64,000 bases of DNA from an uncultured Gammaproteobacteria bacterium (GTDB taxonomy: Bacteria > Pseudomonadota > Gammaproteobacteria > UBA9214): the NCBI GenBank assembly GCA_963773065.1, contig CAVYZN010000017.1, forward strand, positions 96,001 through 160,000, written 5' to 3'. Below are positions 22,164 through 33,596 of this stretch, one piece after another. Position 1 is the stretch's first letter; each line of letters starts with the position of its first letter. A program made the position numbers and the translations under genes. Under the pieces are notes generated by a model. That model made no database searches and had not been told where the DNA came from. It saw nothing but the letters and a program-made list of their open reading frames with translations.

Positions 22164-22375
22164 TGTTGTTTTGCAGTGAACGCTGACCCGGGTTCTGCAT
22201 TGAACTTTGACCCGTCTGGGTGAGCCTTTGGTCGTTTTTCCAGGTTCCCCTCTCCTTTTCGATTCTGGCGTTGCTGTTCTCGTTTCCGTTCTCGATGATG
22301 TTGCAATGAAGGGTCAGGCGATCGAGCAGCGTGGTGGTCCTGGCACCTATAACACTCTGTAGTTGATCCACACCT
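22164..22375 (-). mobile_element. IS21-family right end with degraded istB 3' fragment
   Basis: TTTLLDRLTLHCNIIENGNE resembles the IstB C-terminus (ALLDRLTHH..I.ETGN.S); TGTTG terminus with TGACCC boxes. Confidence 0.75.
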
Positions 22376-22413
22376 ACCGAGAAGCCACCGCAATTGCCTC
22401 CCATTCATCAAGT

Positions 22414-22540
22414 GTACGTATTTTTACGTATAGGTAATCTGCCACTTTCATGATCAGCATCAACAGCCAATCTGGCGGTATGCAGTATGGCCTCCCAAGG
22501 TCAGCCAGCAACAAGAATCAATCAGGCTGAGATAACTAAG
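22414..22540 (+). promoter_or_regulatory. Non-coding leader repeat, copy 2, with palindrome TACGTA-TTTT-TACGTA, upstream of the HAF-repeat gene
   Basis: Homology to 16020-16141; ends ~20 nt before ATG 22560, with a GGAG RBS in between. Confidence 0.55.
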
Positions 22541-22559
22541 AATTTACGGAGAGAACACC

Positions 22560-23123
22560 ATGAATAAACCACGCCTCATCAGCGCTTCCAGTGTCTGTGT
22601 GTTTGCGTTCGCTGTCACGTCTGCACATGCCGTTGTCTATACCATCACTGATCTCAGTACACTGATTGGTGGTTCCTCATCTGTCACCGGCATTAACAAC
22701 AGTGGATGGTTAAGGGACGAGCAATGGTCATGCCTTTATTATATCTATGACGGCACCACCATGCGTGACCTCGGCACACTGGGCGGTGCGTCCTCATTGG
22801 GCGCCGCCAGCAACAACAGAGGCTGGGTGACCGGGAATAGTGTTACTGCTGATGGTTACACGCATGCCTTTCTCAAAGACGGTAGCACCCTGCAGGATCT
22901 TGGTACTTTGGCCGGCATGGATCGTTCGAGTGGTAAAGACATCAACAACCGCGGCTGGGTGGTTGGATCTAGCTCTAACTACAGCTACCCACTTAACGTT
23001 ACTGCCTTTCTCTACGATGGTAACACCATGCTGGATTTGTGCGTATTGGCGGATTGTATAGTCAACGGCTGGGAGAGCCTCACCTCTGCATTCTTACTGC
23101 TGATCTCAGCCGCAGCAGCATAA
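22560..23123 (+). CDS. Secreted HAF-repeat protein, probably degraded or truncated
   Basis: Signal peptide ending SAHA; repeats DLGTLGG..S....NNRGWV.G.S......HAFL; first repeat damaged and the 3' end overlaps the convergent gene. Confidence 0.7.
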   Translation: MNKPRLISASSVCVFAFAVTSAHAVVYTITDLSTLIGGSSSVTGINNSGWLRDEQWSCLYYIYDGTTMRDLGTLGGASSLGAASNNRGWVTGNSVTADGYTHAFLKDGSTLQDLGTLAGMDRSSGKDINNRGWVVGSSSNYSYPLNVTAFLYDGNTMLDLCVLADCIVNGWESLTSAFLLLISAAAA

Positions 23124-24961
23124 TCAGGGTGAAGAGGAGCCACCAGGTACCTGCCTCAGATGGGCTTCCTACATTCCTGATGAGGCTGCACCCGCCCCCG
23201 CCACCGCTGGCACCCGAAATGTTCGCCTTCTCGGCCGGCGCCCCCGGGTCGACGATGGCGCCGTTTGCCGCGAGGTCCGAGTCGCCGCGCTTACCATCGA
23301 CAAAATGCAGCGTCACGACATTGCCGTTGATCTCGGCGCCGGTCTCGCCGTCATACAAAAATGCATACCAGTGATCCTTGGGATTATCCGCGGTGGGGCC
23401 GTATTTATAATATGTTGTCGGCGACTCACCTTCCGGCAGGATGACATCAACAGTGACTGCCCCTAAATCACCACTATTCGGATTGCTAACGCCGAAACCG
23501 AACAGGCCATACGGGAAGTTGAACCCTTCAACAATCTTTGAGGGATTTGCTAACAGCGCCGCTGTCTGATCGGTCACCAATTTGAACAACAAAGGCGGGG
23601 CGGTCACCAGGGTAACGTACTTGTCGTTTATAACGTTGGGGAAGGACGCGACGTTACCCTGAACGCTGTCAGCAATACCGTCCTTGTTGCCGTCACCCCC
23701 GTTAGGCGCAGCCTCCTCTACCGTATCAGGAACACAGTCACCGTCGGCATCATCACAGATGGCGTGGCCACCGGGTGACGCCTTGATGACACCATTGGCA
23801 TTATCGAGGTCGGCATCCCCACGCCCCCCATCCACGTAGTGCAGGATGATTGTATTTCCAACGATCTCGGCGCCGGTTGCCCCGTCATACCGGAACTCAT
23901 ACCAGTGGGGTACCGTGTTGTCCACAGTAGGGCCGAACACATAATAGGTATCCGCCGATCCCCCGGCGGCAAGGGTCTCGGCGACGTTGACAGCACCGCC
24001 AGGTGCGATGCCAGTAAGATCAAACCCGGCATAGCCGTTGCTGAAATCCAGCGCGTCAAACAGCCCGGAAGATGCCGGCGGATTGGCCAGGGCGAACGTG
24101 GTCCCCAGTATGATCCAGGGACCGGATTGCCGCAGTCGCCGGGGCTTCGATCACGACGTAGTCACCCGAGCTACCCGGGAACGACGCCACATATACCTGG
24201 CTGCTGTCCTGGGTTCCGTCATTGTTGCCATCACCGCTATTCGGAGCGGCATCTTCGAGGGAGTCGATAGCCCCATCGCCGTCGTTGTCATAGCCAATCT
24301 TATTCACAATGGCCAGATTCTCGGGCTGGAGAACCATTGAACCGTCATAACCTATCAATGGCACTTCGGGAAATGAGCCGCACAAAAGAGGAAAAGGAAC
24401 AATATTGATACATCTTAACTGCGCCGCGATGGCATCGATTACATCCATGCCATCGCCCAACACCTTACCGAAGACCGTGAATCCTCCCGAGTTGTTCGGA
24501 TCATCCAGGCTTGGATTATCCGCCAGATTGAAGAACCATTCACTGGTCGCACTGTCAGGATCACTGGTCTTGGCCATTGCCAGGGTGCCGCGTACATTCG
24601 TCCTGTTAACCGGGTCTGGCTCATTTACGACAGGTGGGTCAACGGGAATATGACTGGTCCCGCTTCCGAAGAACTCGCCATTAGCGGGGTTGAAGATGTA
24701 ACCTCCTCCCTGCACCACGAAACCCGGTACGCTGCGATGGATGAAGGTTCCATCATAGTCACCGTCATTCACATAATTCAGAAAATTCCCGACGGTAAGC
24801 GGAGCCTGCGTATCGAACAGCTCGATATCAACACCACCCAGATCGGTTTGCATGCGCAGGAGGGTGTTACTCATCACTGACGCCGGCATGGAGAATGCCG
24901 CCAGCAATATGGCGAGTGTAAACGGCCTGCTGGTTAATGTTCCTGATACGATAAAAGACAT
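23080..24961 (-). CDS. Secreted cyclophilin-type PPIase fused to two choice-of-anchor-U-like domains and a GGGGGC-TM-Arg sorting tail (frameshifted near 23940-24120)
   Basis: APLTVGNFLNYV, FIHRSVPGFVVQGGG, RGTLAMAK, SATSEWFFNL, GFTVFGKV; 2x GP....HWY.F.YDG.TGAEI.GN...LH.VDG.RGD.D...NG; GGGGGCSL...WWLLFTLIMLLRLR. Confidence 0.8.
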
Positions 24962-25364
24962 CCCATCACTTCCGCGTGTAATTTATTATTGAGCCCAACT
25001 ATGGCCACCAGATAATAAATCATTTTTTCAATTCACGACCCTCAATAATCCCCGCATTCTTGGTAATTGATCCGGGATTACCCTCCACCAACAGCAATAC
25101 CCATCCCCACTCCGCCGCCTGATGAGAATCCGTGCCACGGCTAAATCAGAAAATCCTGCTCTCGTAACTACATGTATTTTATGTATATAATCTCGTCCAC
25201 TGCTGTGTTTAGCTAATTAACTGAATCTTATGAATAAATCTCATAGCTGTTGCTAAAGATTGCGATGGCTTGCCCGATTGTATTGTGAGGCAGCTCACTT
25301 TGTAACTGACCCGTATCCGTTTGCAGTCAACAACCATAGCAATCAACTCAGCAAAGTAATTACG

Positions 25365-28307
25365 ATGAAAAACGAAGACCATAACACCATGGCCACGGCA
25401 GAGGTGACCAATGTACAGGAACCTGCCAATGGATATTCGGGATATACGGAACGCCGCACCATGAACCGCTGGCAGTTCCGTGCTGACCAGGTTCAGTTGC
25501 TTTATCAGCAGGTGCAAACAGAACTTATTATCAGCATGCTGATAGCCGCGATCGTTACCACCATCTTCTGGGATCTCGCACCACCGGTGCTGCTGCTCGG
25601 TTGGACAATTGCAATCATCGTGACTGTTGGCGGCCGCTCCCTGTTCATTTCCAGCAAGAGCGCGGATGGGTCCATGGATGACATCGACTTCTGGGGAAGG
25701 CAGTATATCATCGGCGCAATGATATCCGGCATCTGCTGGGGTTCCCTCGGTATCTTCGCCGCCATCTTCGGTACCCTCACACACCAGCTTTTTGTGCTGT
25801 TTGTTCTGGCGGGTATTTCATTAACCGCCTATGTGTCCATGCAATCTTCTCCGAAGACGATTGCTGCTTTCGTGATTCCGACGCTATTACCGATAACCGC
25901 GTGGTTTTTCTATCAGGGTAAAAATATCCATCTGTCACTTGGCATCCTGTCGATCGTATTTGCCACCGTGATGCTTACCTCATCACGGACTATGCGCAAC
26001 ATACTGGCAAAGTCTTTCAGTCTCGGGTCTCATAATACAGAACTCATACGCAAGCTTGTCTTCGCCCGGGAAACGGCGGAGCAGGCGAAGAGTGACTCAG
26101 AAAAAGTCAATGTGGAACTGCAGGAACACATCAAGGAACGCCAACTCGCTGATGCGCGTATACGCGCATCGGAACAACGTCTGAGCGCCATTTTCGACAG
26201 TATGCAGGACACCATTTACCAGACCGACGTAGACGGGAATATGCTCTGGGCCACACCCTCTATCAGGCATCTGCTCGGATACAGTGCCAATGAAATCCTC
26301 GAAAAAAATATCAAGCACCTCTATGTCAATGAAAATGATCACGAGGACTTCAGACATGCCCTGGAAATCAATTACGGCCGGTTGCAGCATTTTGAGACCC
26401 GCCTGCTCCATAAGAATGGTTCACATATCTGGATCTCGGAAAATTCTCATTACAAGTACGATGCCAATGGCGAAATCATCGGTATCGAGGGCACTATCCG
26501 CGACATCACAGCCCTCAAGCAGGCCAAGGAAGCTCTTTACCAGGAAAAGGAACGCGCCCAGGTAACGCTGGGTTCCATCGGTGATGGTGTCGTCACTACC
26601 GACATGAATGGCGATATCGAGTACCTGAATCAGGTGGCCGAACAATCAACCGGCTGGAAACTTGAGGACGCTCGCGGCAAACCCATGTCGAAGGTACTCA
26701 ATATTGTCGATGAAAAAACTCTCGAAGCACCACCCGATGTGGTCAAGCTCTGCCTCGAAAAGGGAAAAAGCACCACGTTGGCGGGCCATCTGCTGCTGAT
26801 ACACCGCCATCGGAACCAACGCCTGTCTATCGAGGTCAATGCCTCGCCCATCAGGGATTCGAATTCGGATATCACCGGCGTTGTACTTGTATTCCATGAC
26901 GTGACTGAATTGCGCGGTCTGGCCAAGAAGATGTCCTATCAGGCCACACATGATTCGCTTACCGGACTGATAAACCGGCGCGAATTCGAGTACCGTGTCA
27001 AACTTGCGCTTGACCATGTACGCACCTCGGACACTCGGCATGCGTTGTGCTACATAGACCTCGACAATTTCAAGTTAGTAAATGACACCTGTGGCCATAT
27101 CGCCGGTGATGAGCTGCTCAAGCAACTTACCATAAAGCTGCGCCTGGAACTCCGCGAGGCCGATACGCTGGCACGTCTCGGCGGCGACGAGTTCGGCGTG
27201 CTACTTGAGGGGTGCTCTATCGAAAATGCGCACGAACCGGCAGAGAATCTGCGCAAGATCGTGGAAAATTTCCGCTTTGTCTGGGACAACAAGGCATTCC
27301 GGGTTGGTGCGAGCATCGGTTTGGTACCGATCACTGCGGAAAGCGGTACACTGACCGATGTTCTGAGCGCCGCGGACTCGGCCTGTTACGTTGCGAAGGA
27401 TCAGGGTCGCAATCGCATCCACATCTACGAACACGATGATGAGGCATTGGTCAAACGCCATGGCCAGATGCAATGGGTACAACGCATCCAGGATGTACTT
27501 GAGCAACAACGCTTTCGCCTGTTTTTCCAACCGATTGCAAAACTCAACAGGGCCAAGAGCGAGAAAAATACCATACATGGTGAAGTTCTGATACGCATGC
27601 TGGACGAAAACAATGAAATGGTTGGACCGGGCGCGTTTATTCCTTCTGCCGAGCGTTATTCCCTCATGCCAGCGATTGACCGTTGGGTCATCCAGAATAC
27701 CTTCAAGGTCCTGACCCTTGACAAGGAACGGCTGGTAACAACAGTCAGCACATGTTGTATCAATCTGTCCGGCCAGTCATTGTCTGATGAGCGATTCACG
27801 GATTTCCTCGTCAACCAGATTAAGAACTGTGGTTTCCCGCCCAATATCCTGTGTTTTGAGATTACCGAGACCGCGGTCATAGCCAACCTATGCAACGCAG
27901 CCAGCATGATCTCAATCCTGCGTGACATGGGTTGCCGCTTTGCACTGGATGATTTCGGTGTCGGCTTGAGTTCATTCAGTTACCTGAAGAACCTCCCCGT
28001 CGATTACCTCAAGCTCGATGGCTGTTTCGTTAAGAACCTGGTGAATGACACGATAGACAAGGCAATGGTAAAGGCCATTAATCGCATCGGGCACACCATG
28101 GGTATTAAAACCATTGCCGAGTTCGTCGAGGATGATGCAACGCTCCAGGCTGTTCGTGAAATCGGCGTGGACTATGCCCAGGGTTACGTCATTGCCAGGC
28201 CCATGCCAATTGAGATCGGCCTCTATGGTGAACCGATCGACATACAGTTTGCGGACAGCGGTGATAACGAACCCATCCCGATCGAGGCCTATTCAGTCAA
28301 CCGCTAG
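25365..28307 (+). CDS. Membrane-bound PAS-PAS-GGDEF-EAL c-di-GMP enzyme
   Basis: N-terminal TM helices, two PAS/PAC domains, HDSLTGL, RLGGDEF, EVLIRM, EITET, LDDFG, IAEFVE. Confidence 0.93.
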   Translation: MKNEDHNTMATAEVTNVQEPANGYSGYTERRTMNRWQFRADQVQLLYQQVQTELIISMLIAAIVTTIFWDLAPPVLLLGWTIAIIVTVGGRSLFISSKSADGSMDDIDFWGRQYIIGAMISGICWGSLGIFAAIFGTLTHQLFVLFVLAGISLTAYVSMQSSPKTIAAFVIPTLLPITAWFFYQGKNIHLSLGILSIVFATVMLTSSRTMRNILAKSFSLGSHNTELIRKLVFARETAEQAKSDSEKVNVELQEHIKERQLADARIRASEQRLSAIFDSMQDTIYQTDVDGNMLWATPSIRHLLGYSANEILEKNIKHLYVNENDHEDFRHALEINYGRLQHFETRLLHKNGSHIWISENSHYKYDANGEIIGIEGTIRDITALKQAKEALYQEKERAQVTLGSIGDGVVTTDMNGDIEYLNQVAEQSTGWKLEDARGKPMSKVLNIVDEKTLEAPPDVVKLCLEKGKSTTLAGHLLLIHRHRNQRLSIEVNASPIRDSNSDITGVVLVFHDVTELRGLAKKMSYQATHDSLTGLINRREFEYRVKLALDHVRTSDTRHALCYIDLDNFKLVNDTCGHIAGDELLKQLTIKLRLELREADTLARLGGDEFGVLLEGCSIENAHEPAENLRKIVENFRFVWDNKAFRVGASIGLVPITAESGTLTDVLSAADSACYVAKDQGRNRIHIYEHDDEALVKRHGQMQWVQRIQDVLEQQRFRLFFQPIAKLNRAKSEKNTIHGEVLIRMLDENNEMVGPGAFIPSAERYSLMPAIDRWVIQNTFKVLTLDKERLVTTVSTCCINLSGQSLSDERFTDFLVNQIKNCGFPPNILCFEITETAVIANLCNAASMISILRDMGCRFALDDFGVGLSSFSYLKNLPVDYLKLDGCFVKNLVNDTIDKAMVKAINRIGHTMGIKTIAEFVEDDATLQAVREIGVDYAQGYVIARPMPIEIGLYGEPIDIQFADSGDNEPIPIEAYSVNR

Positions 28308-29162
28308 TGCTTGTCCTCATCGGCATCAGCACGATCCAGTTCGGCATCCATCTCGGATTCGGTTAGTGGCTTATATTTTTCTGCATCGCCCGCGCCTCCC
28401 GGCGTAGCCTCCCGTTTCGACATGAACCATCCTGAAAAAAAGAGTCCAAGCTTCGAATAGCAGCCACATCGGAACAGCAAGCAGTGTCTGTGAAATGACA
28501 TCAGGTGGCGTCAGCACCCCACCGATAATAAATGCAGCGACGATAATGTAGGGACGTTTCTCGCGCAGACTATCCTGCGTCACCACCCCGGTCCACACGA
28601 GCAGAACCGTCACAACCGGCACCTCAAACGCCGCGCCGAAGGCAAAGAACAGCGTGAGGACGAAATCCAGATATCGGCTGATGTCGGTCATCACCGACAC
28701 ACCCTCCGGTGCGGTGCTGGTAAAAAACGCGAATACTAGGGGGAAAACGACAAAATAGGCAAACACCGCACCGGTGTAAAACAGCATGGTACTTGAAACC
28801 AGCAGCGGCAAAACCAGGCGGCGTTCATGCTGGTATAGTCCGGGTGCAACGAAGGCCCACACTTGATACAGCACATACGGTATGGCGATGAATAACGCCA
28901 GCACCAGCGTCAGCTTGAACGGGATCAGGAAAGGCGAGGTAACCTCAATGGCGATCATGCTGCTCCCTTGCGGGAGATGGGAGGTCAATGGGCCGGATAA
29001 ACTTGAAAACAGGAAATTCGAAAACGGCATCAACGCGAGAGTGATAACAGCAACAACGAGCACTATACGCAGCAAACGACTGCGCAACTCAATCAGGTGA
29101 TAGATAAACGGCTGTTCGGTATCGTCGGGGAACGACGGGTTTTGCTTACGGTTTGTTGTCAT
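28304..29162 (-). CDS. tatC: Twin-arginine translocase TatC (frameshift near the C-terminus)
   Basis: HLIELRSRL, YQVWAFVAPGLY, AFEVPV, TPPDVISQ; tail continues in frame 28304-28450. Confidence 0.94.
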
Positions 29163-29502
29163 CCATCACATCACGGGGAGCAGTTTCTGCAGAACCAACC
29201 ACCTTTCTACCTTCCTTCTGTAGCGGTACATCTGCCGCTTTCTTCTCAGACGGATGAATGCTGCTGGTGTGTTCGATGATTTCCTCGAGTCCCGGAATCG
29301 CCGCCTGCTGGGCCAGTGTTTTCCTGAGTTCCTCAGTGGCAAGTTCGTGATCAATTTCCGCCTTCACGGATGCAACAAACCCCCGAATCTTGCCGATCCA
29401 CAAGCCGATAGAGCGGGCAAGCCGTGGCAAGCGCTCCGGCCCCACCACGATCAGGGCGATCACCAAGATGAGTAGGATCTCCGAAAAGCCGATATCGAAC
29501 AT
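29146..29502 (-). CDS. tatB: TatB
   Basis: MFDIGFSEI...GPERLP. Confidence 0.95.
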   Translation of the reverse strand: MFDIGFSEILLILVIALIVVGPERLPRLARSIGLWIGKIRGFVASVKAEIDHELATEELRKTLAQQAAIPGLEEIIEHTSSIHPSEKKAADVPLQKEGRKVVGSAETAPRDVMDDNKP

Positions 29503-29538
29503 ATTCAGCCCGCTTGCTCGCTCATTCTCGAATCGGGC

Positions 29539-29769
29539 TCACACCTTGTCCTTGTCGCGCCCGGTAACCTCGCCGTCAATCACCCGTCCACTTTCTTTGC
29601 TCTCCAGTTTCTTGTCGCCCGGCTCTTCTTCCTCGCCTTCACGGACGGCCTGCTTGAAACCCTTGATCGCCTTGCCCAGATCTGATCCGATGGTGCCCAG
29701 GCGCTTGGTGCCGAATAAAACCATCACGATGACCAGAATGATTAATAAATGCCAGATACTTATACCCAT
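29539..29769 (-). CDS. tatA: TatA
   Basis: ISIWHLLI...[20 protein letters not shown]. Confidence 0.95.
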   Translation of the reverse strand: MGISIWHLLIILVIVMVLFGTKRLGTIGSDLGKAIKGFKQAVREGEEEEPGDKKLESKESGRVIDGEVTGRDKDKV

Positions 29770-29827
29770 AGTTCCTACTCCTGACCGATCGGTCGATACC
29801 ACACATATGATTTAAATCGCTAGCGTG

Positions 29828-30145
29828 CTATTTGTCGCGCGCCGCTTTCTCTTCAAGGCCGGAAAGCCCGAAGCGCCGGTTCAACTCAGCCAGTACATCC
29901 GTCGGACCCAAACCTCGCGCTGCCAGCATCACCAGTGTATGAAACCACAAGTCGGCAGTCTCACTAACCAGCCGGGCATCGTCCTCACCCTTGGCGGCAA
30001 GTATCGTTTCGGTTGCCTCTTCCCCGACCTTTTTGAGAATGGCATCCAGCCCCTTTTCGTACAGACTGGCGACGTATGAGCGTTGCGGGTCAGCACGTTT
30101 GCGCTGTTCGATTGCCTCGGCAAGTTTTTCCAGTGTTGTATTCAC
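29828..30145 (-). CDS. hisE: Phosphoribosyl-ATP diphosphatase
   Basis: [24 protein letters not shown]. Confidence 0.96.
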   Translation of the reverse strand: MNTTLEKLAEAIEQRKRADPQRSYVASLYEKGLDAILKKVGEEATETILAAKGEDDARLVSETADLWFHTLVMLAARGLGPTDVLAELNRRFGLSGLEEKAARDK

Positions 30146-30150
30146 GATTC

Positions 30151-30564
30151 CTATACAGCGCTATCCTTATCCCTGTCCTTTTTGTAAATGGCATCCGGAT
30201 CCTTCAGCACCGGTTCGACCGTGACCCAGCGTTCGCCCTCGAGGCGCTGGAAGAAACAGCTACGGCGCCCGGTGTGACAGGCGATCCCGCCATGCTGCTG
30301 CACTTGCAGCATGACCACGTCGTTATCGCAATCCAGGCGTATCTCCTTCACGACCTGCTCATGCCCGGACTCCTCACCCTTGCGCCACAGCTTCTGTCTC
30401 GACCGCGACCAGTAAACCGCCTTGCCTTCCCGGGCTGTCAGGCTCAAGGCCTCGCGGTTCATCCAGGCAACCATCAGAATCACGCCATCCTGTGCATCCT
30501 GTGCGATGGCCGGAACCAGACCCTCATCAGTCCATTTGATTTCATTCAGCCAGTCATCAGGCAT
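30151..30564 (-). CDS. hisI: Phosphoribosyl-AMP cyclohydrolase
   Basis: [31 protein letters not shown]. Confidence 0.96.
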   Translation of the reverse strand: MPDDWLNEIKWTDEGLVPAIAQDAQDGVILMVAWMNREALSLTAREGKAVYWSRSRQKLWRKGEESGHEQVVKEIRLDCDNDVVMLQVQQHGGIACHTGRRSCFFQRLEGERWVTVEPVLKDPDAIYKKDRDKDSAV

Positions 30565-30622
30565 GCACCGCCTCAATGGGATACATCCAGCCTAACAAGA
30601 CAGGCACAGCGCACGCCTGCTC

Positions 30623-31396
30623 CTACAATCTCATCTCGATGCCGCGTTCGGCCATATAGCGCTTGGCCTCACCGATCGAATACTCGCCAAAGTGGAAAAT
30701 GCTGGCGGCCAGCACGGCATCCGCCCTGCCCTCCAGGACACCTGCAACCAGATGATCGAGGTTTCCCACACCGCCGGATGCGATGACCGGAACATCAACC
30801 GCATCGCTGATGGAACGGGTCAACGCGAGATCAAATCCGTCCCGCGTGCCATCGCGGTCCATGCTGGTCAGCAGTATCTCGCCCGCACCGAACTCCACCA
30901 TGCGCCGCGCCCACGCAACGGCGTCGATGCCGGTTGGTTTGCGACCGCCGTGGGTAAAGATCTCCCAACGCAACGGCTCGCCCTCGGCGCTCACCTGTTT
31001 GGCGTCAATCGCCACCACGATGCACTGGGAACCGAACCGCTCGGCCGCCTCCCGCACAAACTCCGGATTGGATACCGCCGCGGTGTTGATGCCTACCTTG
31101 TCCGCACCGGCATTCAACATACGACGGATATCCGCGACTTCGCGTATACCACCGCCCACCGTGAGTGGGATAAACACTTCGCCGGCCACCTGCTCAACCA
31201 CGTGGACCATGGTCTCACGCTGGTCCGAACTGGCCGTAATATCCAGAAACGTGATTTCATCGGCACCCTGTTCATCATAACGACGCGCCACTTCGACCGG
31301 GTCGCCGGCATCACGGATATCGATAAACTGCACGCCTTTGACCACGCGACCGCCATCGACGTCAAGGCAGGGAATGATGCGTCTGGCGAGGCCCAT
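30623..31396 (-). CDS. hisF: Imidazole glycerol phosphate synthase subunit HisF
   Basis: [30 protein letters not shown]. Confidence 0.97.
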   Translation of the reverse strand: MGLARRIIPCLDVDGGRVVKGVQFIDIRDAGDPVEVARRYDEQGADEITFLDITASSDQRETMVHVVEQVAGEVFIPLTVGGGIREVADIRRMLNAGADKVGINTAAVSNPEFVREAAERFGSQCIVVAIDAKQVSAEGEPLRWEIFTHGGRKPTGIDAVAWARRMVEFGAGEILLTSMDRDGTRDGFDLALTRSISDAVDVPVIASGGVGNLDHLVAGVLEGRADAVLAASIFHFGEYSIGEAKRYMAERGIEMRL

Positions 31397-31408
31397 GTTA
31401 CCCGACCC

Positions 31409-32155
31409 TTACTCCTGCATACCGCACAGTTCATCCGCCAGTTTCTGTGCCGCGGCAAGATCCAGCGTACCCTCGTACAGGGCGCGCCCCGTGATTGCCC
31501 CCATGATACCTTCATCAGACACCTCGCACAGGGCACGTATGTCATTCATATTGGTAATGCCACCCGAGGCGATCACCGGTATGCTTATGGACTGCGCCAG
31601 CTTGACCGTGGATTCCACATTGACACCGCTCATCATACCGTCACGCCCGATATCCGTGAATACGATGGCCTCGACTCCGTCCTGTTCAAAACGCCGCGCC
31701 ATATCGATGGCCGAGTGATGCGACAGTTTGGACCAACCGTCTATGGCGATCCTGCCGTCCTTCGCATCCAGCCCGACGAGAATGTGGCCGGGGAACTCCA
31801 GACACAGATCATTGATAAAATGCGGTGCGCTTACCGCCTTGGTGCCGATGATGGCGTACCGCACGCCGGCCTCAAGATAGGCGGCAACGGTATCTTCATC
31901 CCGGATACCTCCGCCAACCTGTATCGGCAATTCCGGAAACGCTTCCGCAACAGCCTTGATGGCGCCCGCATTCACCGGTTTACCGGCAAATGCGCCGTTA
32001 AGATCGACCATGTGCAGACGGCGTGCCCCGGCATCCACCCAGCGCTGCGCCACCTCCACCGGATCATCACCGAATACGGTTTCATCTTCCATTCTACCCT
32101 GCCGCAGACGGACGCATTTACCATCTTTGAGATCGATCGCGGGTATCACTAACAT
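31409..32155 (-). CDS. hisA: ProFAR isomerase
   Basis: [32 protein letters not shown]. Confidence 0.97.
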   Translation of the reverse strand: MLVIPAIDLKDGKCVRLRQGRMEDETVFGDDPVEVAQRWVDAGARRLHMVDLNGAFAGKPVNAGAIKAVAEAFPELPIQVGGGIRDEDTVAAYLEAGVRYAIIGTKAVSAPHFINDLCLEFPGHILVGLDAKDGRIAIDGWSKLSHHSAIDMARRFEQDGVEAIVFTDIGRDGMMSGVNVESTVKLAQSISIPVIASGGITNMNDIRALCEVSDEGIMGAITGRALYEGTLDLAAAQKLADELCGMQE

Positions 32156-32158
32156 GTT

Positions 32159-32803
32159 TCAAGTTTCTCCATCCCAACCGACAAAATTGGATAACAAACC
32201 CAACCCGGCATGCTGGCTTTTTTCCGGGTGAAACTGCACGGCAAATATGTTGTCGCGGGCGATCGCCGAGGCGAAGGCGATGCCGTAGGGTGTGATCGCC
32301 GCAACGGCGGCGTCTTCCACCGGTATCGCATAGTAGCTGTGGACGAAGTAAAACCGCCCGCCGTTGGGGATATCCCGCCACAAGGGGTGTGCCCATTGCG
32401 GAATTACCTGGTTCCAGCCCATGTGGGGAATCTTGAGACGCTCGCCATTGTCCGCCCTCAGGTCCGGTGGAAATCGTGCAACTCGTCCCGGGATTATCCC
32501 CAGACAGGCGGTGCCCTGATTCTCCTCGCTGGCATCGAGCAGTGCCTGCATGCCCAGGCACACTCCCAGCAGCGGTTTTGAACGGGCCGCCTCCAGCACC
32601 ACCTGATCGAGACCCGACGCCTGCAGTTCGGCCATGCAATCACGCATCGCACCCACGCCGGGGAACACCACCCGATCCGCCGCCAGAACGGCGGCACGCT
32701 GGCTGGTCACCATGACGCGATCCTTGCCGGCCACGTGTTCCAATGCCTTGGCGATGGAATGCAGATTCCCCATGCCATAATCGATTATTGCAATGGATGC
32801 CAT
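32159..32803 (-). CDS. hisH: Glutamine amidotransferase subunit HisH
   Basis: DYGMGNL, GVCLGMQ, PHMGWN, QFHPEKS. Confidence 0.97.
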   Translation of the reverse strand: MASIAIIDYGMGNLHSIAKALEHVAGKDRVMVTSQRAAVLAADRVVFPGVGAMRDCMAELQASGLDQVVLEAARSKPLLGVCLGMQALLDASEENQGTACLGIIPGRVARFPPDLRADNGERLKIPHMGWNQVIPQWAHPLWRDIPNGGRFYFVHSYYAIPVEDAAVAAITPYGIAFASAIARDNIFAVQFHPEKSQHAGLGLLSNFVGWDGET

Positions 32804-32858
32804 AATTTCACAGGCGGACAACGAAGCAGGCGTCGATCACCCGAAGGATAAGGAATAC

Positions 32859-33452
32859 TCAAAGACTCCCTTTGGTTGAAGGAAGCATGCTGCCCATGGC
32901 CGGATCCGCCTCCAGCGCCATGCGCATGGCGCGTCCGAACGCCTTGAAGATAGTCTCGGCGATGTGATGCGAGTTAGTGCCCCTGAGGCAATCCACATGC
33001 AGTGTGACCTGGGCATGATTGACAAAACCCTGAAAAAATTCGTGGATAAGATCGACATCAAAATCACCAACTCGCGCACGCGGGTATTCAACATGATATT
33101 GCAGTCCGGGCCGTCCCGAAAAATCTATAACCACCCGTGACAGGGTTTCGTCGAGCGGGACATAGGCATGCCCGTAGCGGCGGATCCCGCGCTTGTCAGC
33201 CAGGGCTTTCGCCAGCGCCTGCCCGAGGGTAATACCGATATCTTCAACGGTGTGATGGGCATCGATGTGAAGATCGCCCGTCGCCTTGATATCAATATCC
33301 AGCATCCCGTGCCGCGCCACCTGATCCAGCATGTGTTCCAGAAACGGCAGACCGGTTTCAAACGAGGCTTTGCCCCGACCGTCAAGATTGACGAACACCC
33401 TGATCCGTGTCTCGAGTGTTTCCCGGCTGACTGCTGCCTCGCGCTGCGACAT
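32859..33452 (-). CDS. hisB: Imidazoleglycerol-phosphate dehydratase
   Basis: [21 protein letters not shown]. Confidence 0.96.
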   Translation of the reverse strand: MSQREAAVSRETLETRIRVFVNLDGRGKASFETGLPFLEHMLDQVARHGMLDIDIKATGDLHIDAHHTVEDIGITLGQALAKALADKRGIRRYGHAYVPLDETLSRVVIDFSGRPGLQYHVEYPRARVGDFDVDLIHEFFQGFVNHAQVTLHVDCLRGTNSHHIAETIFKAFGRAMRMALEADPAMGSMLPSTKGSL

Positions 33453-33596
33453 GGTTGCTAATCTGGCCCTGCAAATACCCGAGTAAGTTTCCCCCGTGTG
33501 TAATCGTAGCGAAAAACAGCCCCGGAGAGAACCATTTGCGACAATTCCAGTTGATTTATACCCCGACTGCACCGCGGAGGAAAGCTTAACGAATAT

